Positions 55,756 through 64,000 of a stretch of DNA of 64,000 bases are shown in pieces (the first letter of the stretch is position 1; the number at the start of each line of letters is the position of its first letter). The stretch is from a virus (Duplodnaviria > Caudoviricetes). The notes beneath the pieces were generated by a model. It did no database searches. It worked only from the letters and a program-made list of their open reading frames with translations, and was not told the origin of the DNA. The translations under genes were made by a program, and so were the position numbers. Location: positions 32,001-96,000 of IMG/VR virus record IMGVR_UViG_3300021256_000066; one strand, 5' to 3'.

Positions 55756-56418
55756 ATGAACGAAAGAAAAATGACCATCGGCGAGGTCAAACAGCTTGTC
55801 GAGAATGTATTGAGTGAGAACAGCAACGTGACCGTGGAAAGTATTGAACCGAACAGCGACGGCGACTATTGCACCGTGGTTCTGAATGGCGACGTGTGGC
55901 TGAATGTATTGAATGCCATCGCTAAGGCTGTCGGCGATGAACTTATTATCAGTGGCGAGGACTATAATCAGATCAACCTGTTCTTCCGCATGCCTGAAGC
56001 TGGTAAGGCTGGTGTTGGCTACGACAATCATGAAAAGAAAGCTGCACCAGCCATCCCTGCCGACATGAGGCACAAGAAAGAGTTCTACGACTCCGAAGAA
56101 ATTATAATCCCCGGTACGGATGTGAAACGCAGTCGTACCGAGGAAAACGAACAGGTGGTGGCGTGGATGAAAGAGACAGGGCATTATCCCATCGTGTATC
56201 TCCGCCTTGACGACGTTGTGCATGTGGAGGTGAGCGACATCTATGACCAGAAGGTGCGCGACATCCTGGAGCGCGGCGCGGCGGTAGGCGGCGACGGTCG
56301 CAAATATAAGATCGAGAATCCCGACAACATCTTCCCCATCGGCGACAGCATCTGCGTCCGTGCCACCTGCGTCGATACGGGTCGCAGCGATGTCTATGGA
56401 CTGGATTTCTTGGTGTAA
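55756..56418 (+). CDS. Hypothetical protein
   Basis: 220 aa. Confidence 0.7.
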   Translation: MNERKMTIGEVKQLVENVLSENSNVTVESIEPNSDGDYCTVVLNGDVWLNVLNAIAKAVGDELIISGEDYNQINLFFRMPEAGKAGVGYDNHEKKAAPAIPADMRHKKEFYDSEEIIIPGTDVKRSRTEENEQVVAWMKETGHYPIVYLRLDDVVHVEVSDIYDQKVRDILERGAAVGGDGRKYKIENPDNIFPIGDSICVRATCVDTGRSDVYGLDFLV

Positions 56419-56433
56419 GGATGGACTGACAGT

Positions 56434-57204
56434 ATGATCACAAAGGTGGTAATCAACAACAACGTGGACACGCCCATCGAGTATCTGAGCGGACTCGGGG
56501 CGTTCAAGAACGGCAAGACGTATGAGTTCAAGCCCGGCGTGAACATCATCGTCGGCAAGAACGGCTGCGGCAAGACCACGCTGATGAACCTGATAAGGAA
56601 GTATCTGCTGGTGGACCTGTCGGAGTGCTCAGCGGGTGCGCTCAACCACAACATCAATGCCATCTGCTTCGGCCTTGGCGACGACAAGCACATGTATGCA
56701 GGTGCCGACGTGTATGCCGACTACCGGCGCAACACGTTCCGCCTGTGCCATGCGGGGGAGAGGCAGCACAACGACGAGATATTCGAGAACGATCACTCCA
56801 TCAGCGAGTTCTTCGGGCAGCGGGAGTCGTCAACGGGCGAGGGCGTTATCGTGGCACTGAACGCGCTCTTCACCAGGATGTTCAGCAAGGGCGCGAACCT
56901 GACGTTCGACTACACGCGGTTCAAGGACAACTACAAGCCCTATACGGATTACGTTGCCGACCACATCGTCGATGGCGACGAGTGGACCATCCTGATGGAC
57001 GAGCCCGACAGGAACCTCGACATCGAGAACATCGGGCATATCAAGTCCGTGCTCGACTTCCACAAGCCGCACACGCAGATTATCGCCGTGGTGCATAACC
57101 CGCTGCTCATCTGCGCCCTCTCGAAGAACCCGGAGGTCAACTTCATCGAAATGACGCGAGGGTATGTGAAGAATATCAGGAAAATGGTAAAGGAGCTGGT
57201 GTGA
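56434..57204 (+). CDS. ABC/AAA-type ATPase
   Basis: GKNGCGKTT, SSTGE signature, ILMDEPDRNLD, IIAVVHNP. Confidence 0.88.
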   Translation: MITKVVINNNVDTPIEYLSGLGAFKNGKTYEFKPGVNIIVGKNGCGKTTLMNLIRKYLLVDLSECSAGALNHNINAICFGLGDDKHMYAGADVYADYRRNTFRLCHAGERQHNDEIFENDHSISEFFGQRESSTGEGVIVALNALFTRMFSKGANLTFDYTRFKDNYKPYTDYVADHIVDGDEWTILMDEPDRNLDIENIGHIKSVLDFHKPHTQIIAVVHNPLLICALSKNPEVNFIEMTRGYVKNIRKMVKELV

Positions 57205-57210
57205 GTGGCA

Positions 57211-57723
57211 ATGATTGACAAGAAAGAACTGCAAGACAGTGGGGAGACGATGCGCTGGAACGAGGACGTGGAGCGCAGGCGCAGGGAGTACCACGAGCAG
57301 CGGTGCGCCGAGAATGCACTGTACCGCCGTGCATACGAGCGGCAGCAGGAAATGCGGCGGCGCATGCAGAGACAGGTCAGCGAAGCCCTGACACAGTTGG
57401 CCGACGCGATGCACACGGACTGTATGCAGCGTGTGAACAGCATAACGGAGGATGCCTGTTGTCAGCCGGTAAAGACGCATGAGGAAGTGATGCGCGAGCA
57501 GGCCCTGATGGACAGCATGAGTAGGAACCCGACCGAGTGGTTTGCGCATAGCACGGGCTTCGGACTTGGCTTTGCCGTGGCAGCGATGATGTTTGCCGAC
57601 GGCGAGAAGATGAAACGCCAGATGCAGGAGATAGAAGAAGAACGTCCGTACCTCGAAGAAATCAACCGCATCGACGCGCAGTTTGACAGAGAAATCATTC
57701 GCATGAGCGGGTTTGAATGGTAA
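57211..57723 (+). CDS. Hypothetical coiled-coil protein
   Basis: About 170 aa. Confidence 0.65.
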   Translation: MIDKKELQDSGETMRWNEDVERRRREYHEQRCAENALYRRAYERQQEMRRRMQRQVSEALTQLADAMHTDCMQRVNSITEDACCQPVKTHEEVMREQALMDSMSRNPTEWFAHSTGFGLGFAVAAMMFADGEKMKRQMQEIEEERPYLEEINRIDAQFDREIIRMSGFEW

Positions 57724-59630
57724 AAACAATAGAATGTATGAGCAACATTATTAAACATTCGGATGTGGTATTGGCCACGAAGCAGCCGCACGAGGGATTC
57801 CGCATCGGCGACTACATCACCGACAGCAGGTTTGAAGCGTTCTATCTGATAGAGTCGGTTGAGACAAGACAGTGGGACGGACGAGACCATGAGGTGTACG
57901 TCTGCAAGGGGGTGAACCCTATTACGCTGGAAATGGACGGCAACGACCGAAACTTGAGCATCGACGAACTGACGAGGTACTATCAGGTGGTGGATGCCGA
58001 CGTGGTTAAGCTGCGCGATATTGCCCACCGCGTACTGAACGAGGGTGCAAGCATTGAGGACATGCAGGAGTCGAGCGACACGTCACTGATGGCACTCGGC
58101 AACAAGCAGTCGCTCATTGCTTTGAGACAGAAGATAGATGAGACACAGCGGTCGGTGACGCTGGTGAAGAACTACTGCCACATGATGCAGACACAGGTGA
58201 TGAACGAGCTTAAAAAGAAGATTAGTCAGGTGAACGGTATCGTTGAGAAGATGGGACGCGAAATAAAGAGGTTGGACTACGTGATTCAGACCATCGAGAC
58301 CTACGCAGGCATCAAGGAGGAGATTATCACCTTGCAGTGCGGCGAACCCGCTCCAGAGACGGAACCGATAGTCATCCGGCAGGCCGTGCTGTTCATGGAC
58401 GAGGAGTTTGCCTTAATAGACGATGATTTCGATTGGGAAAAGATAGAGTCGTTTGATAAGTGGCTGACCGAGGACGGGAACTTCAAGATACTGCTGCCCG
58501 ATGCCAAGAGCGTGGTGGCCATCAAGCCGCGCCGCACGGACAAGAAATATAGCGACGACTGGTGGGAGAATAAGATTATGAACCGTCCGAACCATGTCAC
58601 GCTCTTCCTGATTCGCAACGGCGAGAACCTATATCGTCTCGACAGCGAGCACATCTATCTCGAAGACCGCATGTTCCCTAATCTTGACGAGTATCAGCAG
58701 ACGCTGGAGAAGGAGCAGAAGAATGGATGGTATGAGATTAACAAGGAGAAGGACAATCTGGCATCCGACAGAATGCGCCGCCGCTTCACCAAGGTAGCTT
58801 TCCTACTGCAAGGCTTGTTGGATCGTAGTGACGTGTTCACACCACACAATGTCAAATGTTCGTTCCTGAAGATGGAGGGGTTGAACGAACAGGTGAAGAT
58901 GGACTATGAGCTCGACACGTCGCATCTGCTGATGGACGGTCGCCCCAGTGTCACCGAATGGATCAAGCAGACCAATGCTGGAATCAAGGAGGGCAGTCGC
59001 ATCCTGCTCGTTAGTTGCAGCGATATGAACAGCGAAATGTTCCTGCGCTATTACAGCGACCGCTACAGCGTGCCCGGCTACCCCTCGTTAGGTGTATATA
59101 CCGTCAAGAAAAATCCAAAATATACTACAGACAAAGACCACCAGTGGCGTGAAGCATATCGTCGTCCGTTCTATATATCCTATATGCCTAAGCAGGATGC
59201 CTATTCGTGGACGGACGGGCCGCACGACCGCAAAATCAAGTCGGGTATATGTTTCAATGAGAACGGCTACGATATCTTGAACTATGATAATCTGAATATC
59301 GACGAACTTGACTATTACCTGAACAGCCGACTATATCGGTCGCAGTATTATCTCTACGTGCGATTGCTGAAGACGGCGCGGTCACTGGTCGAGAGGGAGT
59401 ATCGCCAAGAAACTGACTTCATCAACATGCTATGCGGTGAACTCATTGCCGAAAGCCTTTGGCCCAAGGACGGCTACACCCACGACGGCATCGCTCGCAT
59501 CGCCCTGCAGACCGTCAAAGACCGCCTGAAATGGAAACGCCCTATCTCGTCGAAGGAGCGCGAGACCTACTATCTTGTCCGCCGCACCTTATTTTCGGAA
59601 GCATTCAGGAAGAAGTATTTTAAGGCATAG
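57717..59630 (+). CDS. Large phage hypothetical protein with coiled coil
   Basis: 637 aa; IETYAGIKEE...IRQAVLFMDEE, FLIRNGENLYR, LQGLLDRS. Confidence 0.75.
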   Translation: MVKTIECMSNIIKHSDVVLATKQPHEGFRIGDYITDSRFEAFYLIESVETRQWDGRDHEVYVCKGVNPITLEMDGNDRNLSIDELTRYYQVVDADVVKLRDIAHRVLNEGASIEDMQESSDTSLMALGNKQSLIALRQKIDETQRSVTLVKNYCHMMQTQVMNELKKKISQVNGIVEKMGREIKRLDYVIQTIETYAGIKEEIITLQCGEPAPETEPIVIRQAVLFMDEEFALIDDDFDWEKIESFDKWLTEDGNFKILLPDAKSVVAIKPRRTDKKYSDDWWENKIMNRPNHVTLFLIRNGENLYRLDSEHIYLEDRMFPNLDEYQQTLEKEQKNGWYEINKEKDNLASDRMRRRFTKVAFLLQGLLDRSDVFTPHNVKCSFLKMEGLNEQVKMDYELDTSHLLMDGRPSVTEWIKQTNAGIKEGSRILLVSCSDMNSEMFLRYYSDRYSVPGYPSLGVYTVKKNPKYTTDKDHQWREAYRRPFYISYMPKQDAYSWTDGPHDRKIKSGICFNENGYDILNYDNLNIDELDYYLNSRLYRSQYYLYVRLLKTARSLVEREYRQETDFINMLCGELIAESLWPKDGYTHDGIARIALQTVKDRLKWKRPISSKERETYYLVRRTLFSEAFRKKYFKA

Positions 59631-59667
59631 GATTGACACAAAATCTTTAGTATAAAGATAAAAGATT

Positions 59668-60054
59668 ATGAAATGTAAACAATGCGGAGAAGAGAACGGT
59701 GATGCAAAGAGGACTTGCAGCCGTTGCGGAGCCTTCCTGGAGGGCTACACGCTGAACAATGTGACGGGCGAATACGGCTACCGTGGTGCTGACGGCGGGT
59801 GGTATAAGTCCGAAGAAGAGTACCGCGCTCACTGTCCGGGTGCGACGCACAGCGATGCCATCGACACAGCAAAGTTAGCGATGCGTCTGGCGATGACCGA
59901 GCGTGTCAAGACGGTAACGCAGACGGCAATGCGCGAGAAAATCAGTCCGATAGTCAGTCAGATGACCGCCCTAATAGCCGAAGCCTTCCAAGTTGGTTTC
60001 GACGCAGGAATGGAGTGCGGCAGATATACGGACTATAGCACAAAGGAAGGCTGA
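59668..60054 (+). CDS. Zinc-ribbon protein
   Basis: MKCKQCGEEN....TCSRCG. Confidence 0.75.
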   Translation: MKCKQCGEENGDAKRTCSRCGAFLEGYTLNNVTGEYGYRGADGGWYKSEEEYRAHCPGATHSDAIDTAKLAMRLAMTERVKTVTQTAMREKISPIVSQMTALIAEAFQVGFDAGMECGRYTDYSTKEG

Positions 60055-60058
60055 CACG

Positions 60059-60676
60059 ATGCAGAAACTATTCAAGCGATTACTCGATCTGCTGAATATC
60101 CACCCCGACGAGAACCAGCTGTGGACGCTATCTACATTGTTCATCGTCGGGCTGCTGGATGCCTATGTCGGCCCGGCCATCTCGAAGGCGTGGGTGACCG
60201 AACTGCCTGCCGAATGGCTCGCGTTCCAGTCACTCGTCTATTCCGTGGTCGGACTGTTCATCGGTATGATATGGAAAGGTTGGGTGCGCCGCAAGGCTAT
60301 CCAATGGTTCACAGTGCTCTGCATCATCGAGTCGGCAGCAGGCTTCTGCGTCGGCATGTGGCTCTGCTTCGTGGAGTACAACGTGTGGGTGCTGGCCATC
60401 GCCTGCCTGCTCTACGGCACGCTGGTGTCTGAGTTCATCGGCAAGTGTCTGATGACGTTCCGTCCGAAGCTATGGAACGAGCACGAACGCGAGGTATATG
60501 ACAACAACAACGACGTGGTGTGCGGCATCTACTGCATCGCCGGCTACGTCTGCGCCCTGCTGTTCATGCCCTCTCTAAAGGTGGCCATGTTCATCTGGGG
60601 CCTGTGCTGCGCCATCGACAACATCGGCTGGCTGGTAGTGTATCACAGAAACAAGGATAAATTTACGGAGGACTGA
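60059..60676 (+). CDS. Polytopic membrane protein
   Basis: About 6 hydrophobic segments. Confidence 0.75.
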   Translation: MQKLFKRLLDLLNIHPDENQLWTLSTLFIVGLLDAYVGPAISKAWVTELPAEWLAFQSLVYSVVGLFIGMIWKGWVRRKAIQWFTVLCIIESAAGFCVGMWLCFVEYNVWVLAIACLLYGTLVSEFIGKCLMTFRPKLWNEHEREVYDNNNDVVCGIYCIAGYVCALLFMPSLKVAMFIWGLCCAIDNIGWLVVYHRNKDKFTED

Positions 60677-60679
60677 CGT

Positions 60680-60739
60680 ATGCGACAAATAAGATTTAGA
60701 GCAAAGCCCAGCATATGGGCGGTAATCAAACGACATTAA
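60680..60739 (+). pseudogene. YopX-like N-terminal remnant
   Basis: MRQIRFRAK matches the YopX start motif; stops after 19 aa. Confidence 0.45.
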
Positions 60740-60743
60740 GCGT

Positions 60744-61076
60744 ATGGCACAGCATCAGTATTATTGCGAAGAGTGCGGCATGCACCTCTTCGACAGCGAG
60801 AAGGATGGCGGCGCGGCTGGCGCAGAGGCGCAGCGGAAGGGCTTTGTGTTCAAGATGCCGATTCTCTTTGGTATCGAGGGCTGTCACTTCTTCTGTTCAA
60901 AGGACTGCTGGAACAAGTGGCTCAACAGCCGCACCACTGAGCAGGAGCGTGCCGACGGCAACCGCTCCGCCCGTGAGATAAGGCAGCGTATAGAGGCCGA
61001 CAAACCGAAACTCATAGAGGGGCTGCAGCGAATACAGCGAGCCTTTGAGATAGCGAGAATTCGCCGAAAGAAGTAA
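60744..61076 (+). CDS. Cys-rich hypothetical protein
   Basis: CEECG...FCSKDC. Confidence 0.7.
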   Translation: MAQHQYYCEECGMHLFDSEKDGGAAGAEAQRKGFVFKMPILFGIEGCHFFCSKDCWNKWLNSRTTEQERADGNRSAREIRQRIEADKPKLIEGLQRIQRAFEIARIRRKK

Positions 61077-61098
61077 ATAACTTAAAAGAAATACGATT

Positions 61099-61824
61099 AT
61101 GGAAGAACAAAACAAAAAGAACCAGCGTCCTGATGCGGTACCTGCATCTTTATCGGTGGACGCAGTAGAGCCAAAATATAAGAAGGGCGACCACGTGTGG
61201 GCCAAGCAGCCGAAAGAGTTGGCAGGGCGCACAGGCTATGTGATGGCGGTTGACACCTATCGCATGGTATATGAAGTGAGGTTCGGAACAGAGTTGTGGA
61301 AGATGTTGGAGGATGACCTCGAACTTGTTGACCCAGCGACGGAAGAAGTCCGTCAGGCCGTCTTTAAGCGCGAGGATGATGCCGACCAACCACTTACAGA
61401 ACAGGCGGCTTACGACGAGTATCAGGAGCGCAGTAAGGTGTCTGCCGACCAACCACTCACAGAGCAGGCGGCCTACGACGAATATCAGGAGCGCAGCAAG
61501 ACGTCTGGCGACCGTGCCGAGCAGCTGGCATGGGCGATGATTGTCCTGCTGGCGGGTCAGCTCATCGGCGGCTCGAAGTATGCGGAGTTCTACGTGCTGG
61601 GCGGTGCAGCATTGCTCTACTTGTTGCTGTCAACCATGCAGTATGTGTGGCAGTCGGTGACTATCTGGCTTGTCAAGCGCCGCATCAAGCGCACGGGCAT
61701 CAAGCTCAACGACTATCCCGACTGGGTAGGTTTCGGCGCATGGGTGTTCTATTGGCTGAAGATGATCATCATCGCCCTCGGAGCCATCTACGGCGCAAGC
61801 CACTTCATTTCGTTTGCAATGTAA
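61099..61824 (+). CDS. Chimeric protein: KOW/SH3-like N-terminus, 21-aa duplication, membrane C-terminus
   Basis: PKYKKGDHV; ADQPLTEQAAYDEYQERSK x2; 3 TM segments. Confidence 0.7.
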   Translation: MEEQNKKNQRPDAVPASLSVDAVEPKYKKGDHVWAKQPKELAGRTGYVMAVDTYRMVYEVRFGTELWKMLEDDLELVDPATEEVRQAVFKREDDADQPLTEQAAYDEYQERSKVSADQPLTEQAAYDEYQERSKTSGDRAEQLAWAMIVLLAGQLIGGSKYAEFYVLGGAALLYLLLSTMQYVWQSVTIWLVKRRIKRTGIKLNDYPDWVGFGAWVFYWLKMIIIALGAIYGASHFISFAM

Positions 61825-61838
61825 AGGGGGACTGAGCG

Positions 61839-62351
61839 ATGAATTTATCAGAAGATATCAGGAAAGATATCTGGCAAATGGCTTCCGGCCCTGAAAGTGT
61901 ATGCTATATAGAGAAGCACGACGGCGAGGGATTCAAGGTGGAAGAGATTGACGGCGACTACTGTCATCTCTGTGCCACCGAGAAAGCGAGGGAGCTCGAC
62001 AAAGAGGATGGCGGCAAGTATTATCATCAGGTATGTGAAGAGACATCGCCGGAGAGCGACCATTTCAGCCATTGCGCGGAGTGCGGCTGCCTGCTCAATG
62101 CCGCGCTAATCGTCAGCAGCTGGAATGAAGATGACATCAACTGCATTGTTGAAGATTTGAAGCAGGTGAAATCTTTTGAGGACATCAAAGGCGACCTTGC
62201 GTGGAAAATCGACCAGGTACTCGACAGCGAGGATGAAGCCTGCGAGTTATTCCCCAAACAGATGAAGTACATTGCGAGGAGACTGACTAACCTTTATAAG
62301 AAACAGAATCACACGGGGTCTGTCCCCCTTGTGAGTACGGCGCAAGAATAA
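61839..62351 (+). CDS. Hypothetical protein
   Basis: 170 aa with CxxC pairs. Confidence 0.7.
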   Translation: MNLSEDIRKDIWQMASGPESVCYIEKHDGEGFKVEEIDGDYCHLCATEKARELDKEDGGKYYHQVCEETSPESDHFSHCAECGCLLNAALIVSSWNEDDINCIVEDLKQVKSFEDIKGDLAWKIDQVLDSEDEACELFPKQMKYIARRLTNLYKKQNHTGSVPLVSTAQE

Positions 62352-62367
62352 ATAAAATAAAGGAATT

Positions 62368-62949
62368 ATGGCAGAAAAGAAACAAATAGAGTTAAAGGTT
62401 CTGAAGAAAGACCAGTACGGGTACAGATGGATATTGGAGCCCAAGGAGCGCATCAAGTTCCGCGAGAAGTGCAAGCACAACAAGCTGGGCACGCTCTGCG
62501 ATAAAGGCTACGAGTGCTACGTTGACGGTGGCGTACTGTTGGGCTGCACACCAGACGTGTCATGTCCGCGACTGAGGATGTGGGATAAGAAACACGGACT
62601 GGAGAGACCTTTTACGATGGTCGAGAACAAATACCCAGACATGAAGCCGACCTCATTCACATGGCAGCCTGCCACCGAGAGTCCCGGAAAGCGACGGGTG
62701 CTGATGGCGCTTACGAGAAAAGACTTGGAAAAAGGTCAGTACGTGTTTGAATCCGTGCGGTTTCTCTCTCCCAATGTGCGGCCAGCCGAGTGTGAATTTC
62801 ACGACAGCGAGGGGCGTAAGCAGTTGCCTGTTGCGTGGGCATACTACGACGAGATTATCAAAGGTATCGAACCTTGGATGATCAGCCGCGCCGAGAGTGC
62901 AGCGTGGGCTTGGTGGCCCGACAAGGAAGAAAACAAGCAGGAGGACTGA
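62368..62949 (+). CDS. Hypothetical protein
   Basis: 193 aa. Confidence 0.7.
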   Translation: MAEKKQIELKVLKKDQYGYRWILEPKERIKFREKCKHNKLGTLCDKGYECYVDGGVLLGCTPDVSCPRLRMWDKKHGLERPFTMVENKYPDMKPTSFTWQPATESPGKRRVLMALTRKDLEKGQYVFESVRFLSPNVRPAECEFHDSEGRKQLPVAWAYYDEIIKGIEPWMISRAESAAWAWWPDKEENKQED

Positions 62950-62952
62950 CGT

Positions 62953-63660
62953 ATGAACGAACCGATTTGTGCCGACTGCAAGAAATGGGAGATGGGCGAG
63001 ACGTGGGGAACGGGACGCGGCAAGACCATCGTGGAGTGCCGTGGGTGGTGCTGCAAGACACCGTGGCGCAAACCCCGATGGAACTACCAGTCTGTTTGTG
63101 GCAGCTTCGATCCCCGCGAGCAAACGAGCCTGATACTGCACGGGCAGGGCTACCCGACCGAAGAGCAGTTGCAGGAGATTGACGAAGAGATTATGAACTT
63201 CTTAAACAAAGATGGTATGGAACAACAGGAACCACCCAAGCGGGACAAGGCGGCTGAGTATGCCCAGGTCGCAGGCCGACGCTTCCGACCGACGTTCGAC
63301 TCGCCGATTGACTATTTCGAGATTCGCGGCTACGATGCCGAGCGCGACATGGTGCTGACCACGGCGCACCCCAAAGGCGGCAGTGCTTTCGACGACGAGA
63401 TTGAGGAGCGCTACCTCGTGGGAGCCTTCGAGACGGGCGATTACGTGGCGCTGCCGATGGCGGCTCAGCCGGGCGAGACCGTCTATGTGCTGCACACCTA
63501 CCACATGCCTGAGACCACCCGCGCCGTGCGCCAACAGAAGTTCTGTGGCCCCTCGTGCGCCCGCTGCCACCACCGTTTCGGCACGACGAGCAACGCCGCG
63601 TGGTGCGAGACCCACTGGCAGCAATCCCGCTGCTATCGGTTTAAGTTAGAAAAACGATAA
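62953..63660 (+). CDS. Cys-rich hypothetical protein
   Basis: 235 aa. Confidence 0.7.
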   Translation: MNEPICADCKKWEMGETWGTGRGKTIVECRGWCCKTPWRKPRWNYQSVCGSFDPREQTSLILHGQGYPTEEQLQEIDEEIMNFLNKDGMEQQEPPKRDKAAEYAQVAGRRFRPTFDSPIDYFEIRGYDAERDMVLTTAHPKGGSAFDDEIEERYLVGAFETGDYVALPMAAQPGETVYVLHTYHMPETTRAVRQQKFCGPSCARCHHRFGTTSNAAWCETHWQQSRCYRFKLEKR

Positions 63661-63680
63661 TTATTAAAAGATATAGGATT

Positions 63681-63995
63681 ATGGCAAGACGAAAGAAGAA
63701 ATCACGGGGGCTGTACGACGAGTTCATCAGCGAGTACAACCGCCTGAAACTGACGAAACTGGAGCCGTATGTGCTGGCCGACATCATCGTGCAGGCTAAC
63801 CGCCGACGCAAGCGGGAGGTTGCGAAGTGGAAGCACGAGACCACGGCATACCGCAGGCAGTTCATTCGCGAGAGGGATGCGCATGTCAGGACGCAGAACA
63901 ACTTCCGCAAGTACCTCGATGAATGCGAGCGCCGCGAACAGGACGGTAGTCATCTGCCCGAAGAGTGGAGCGACTTAAAGGAGAAGGAGGATTGA
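63681..63995 (+). CDS. Hypothetical protein
   Basis: 104 aa. Confidence 0.7.
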   Translation: MARRKKKSRGLYDEFISEYNRLKLTKLEPYVLADIIVQANRRRKREVAKWKHETTAYRRQFIRERDAHVRTQNNFRKYLDECERREQDGSHLPEEWSDLKEKED

Positions 63996-64000
63996 GCGTA

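Overview
The window is a 64-kb piece of a large temperate tailed phage of a Bacteroidales host, probably Prevotella-like (TAnnTTTG -7 promoters, short palindromic repeats). It appears to be in the excised state: a tRNA-Arg(CCG) 3'-half att core lies between the integrase and repressor genes, with phage genes on both sides. Layout: (1) late/structural block (tape measure, portal, DUF6712-like, HU-like), 1-11.2 kb. (2) A low-complexity GT/CA region, possibly near the genome end, 12.7-13.3 kb. (3) An array of about 29 co-oriented short genes, most preceded by repeated intergenic motifs including a covarying hairpin, with GC rising along the array, 13.4-28.3 kb. (4) Amidase, GIY-YIG, parA plus partner, Rep_3-like initiator with iterons, spanin-like and HNH genes, 28.4-38 kb. 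(5) The most striking locus, 37.9-41.7 kb: a circularly permuted C5-cytosine DNA methyltransferase flanked on both sides by 14 tiny, overlapping ORFs resembling methyltransferase variable-region (TRD) repeats. They share an 'IEYE' (RTAGARTATGA) junction, 12 carry a G7-G8/C8 tract, and 6 are frameshifted at that tract. This is a candidate phase-variable modular methylation-specificity system. (6) Integrase, attP and repressor switch, PAP2 phosphatase, SF2 helicase, radical SAM, ATPase and many accessory genes, 41.7-64 kb. Family calls come from motif recognition by eye; no database searches were run.
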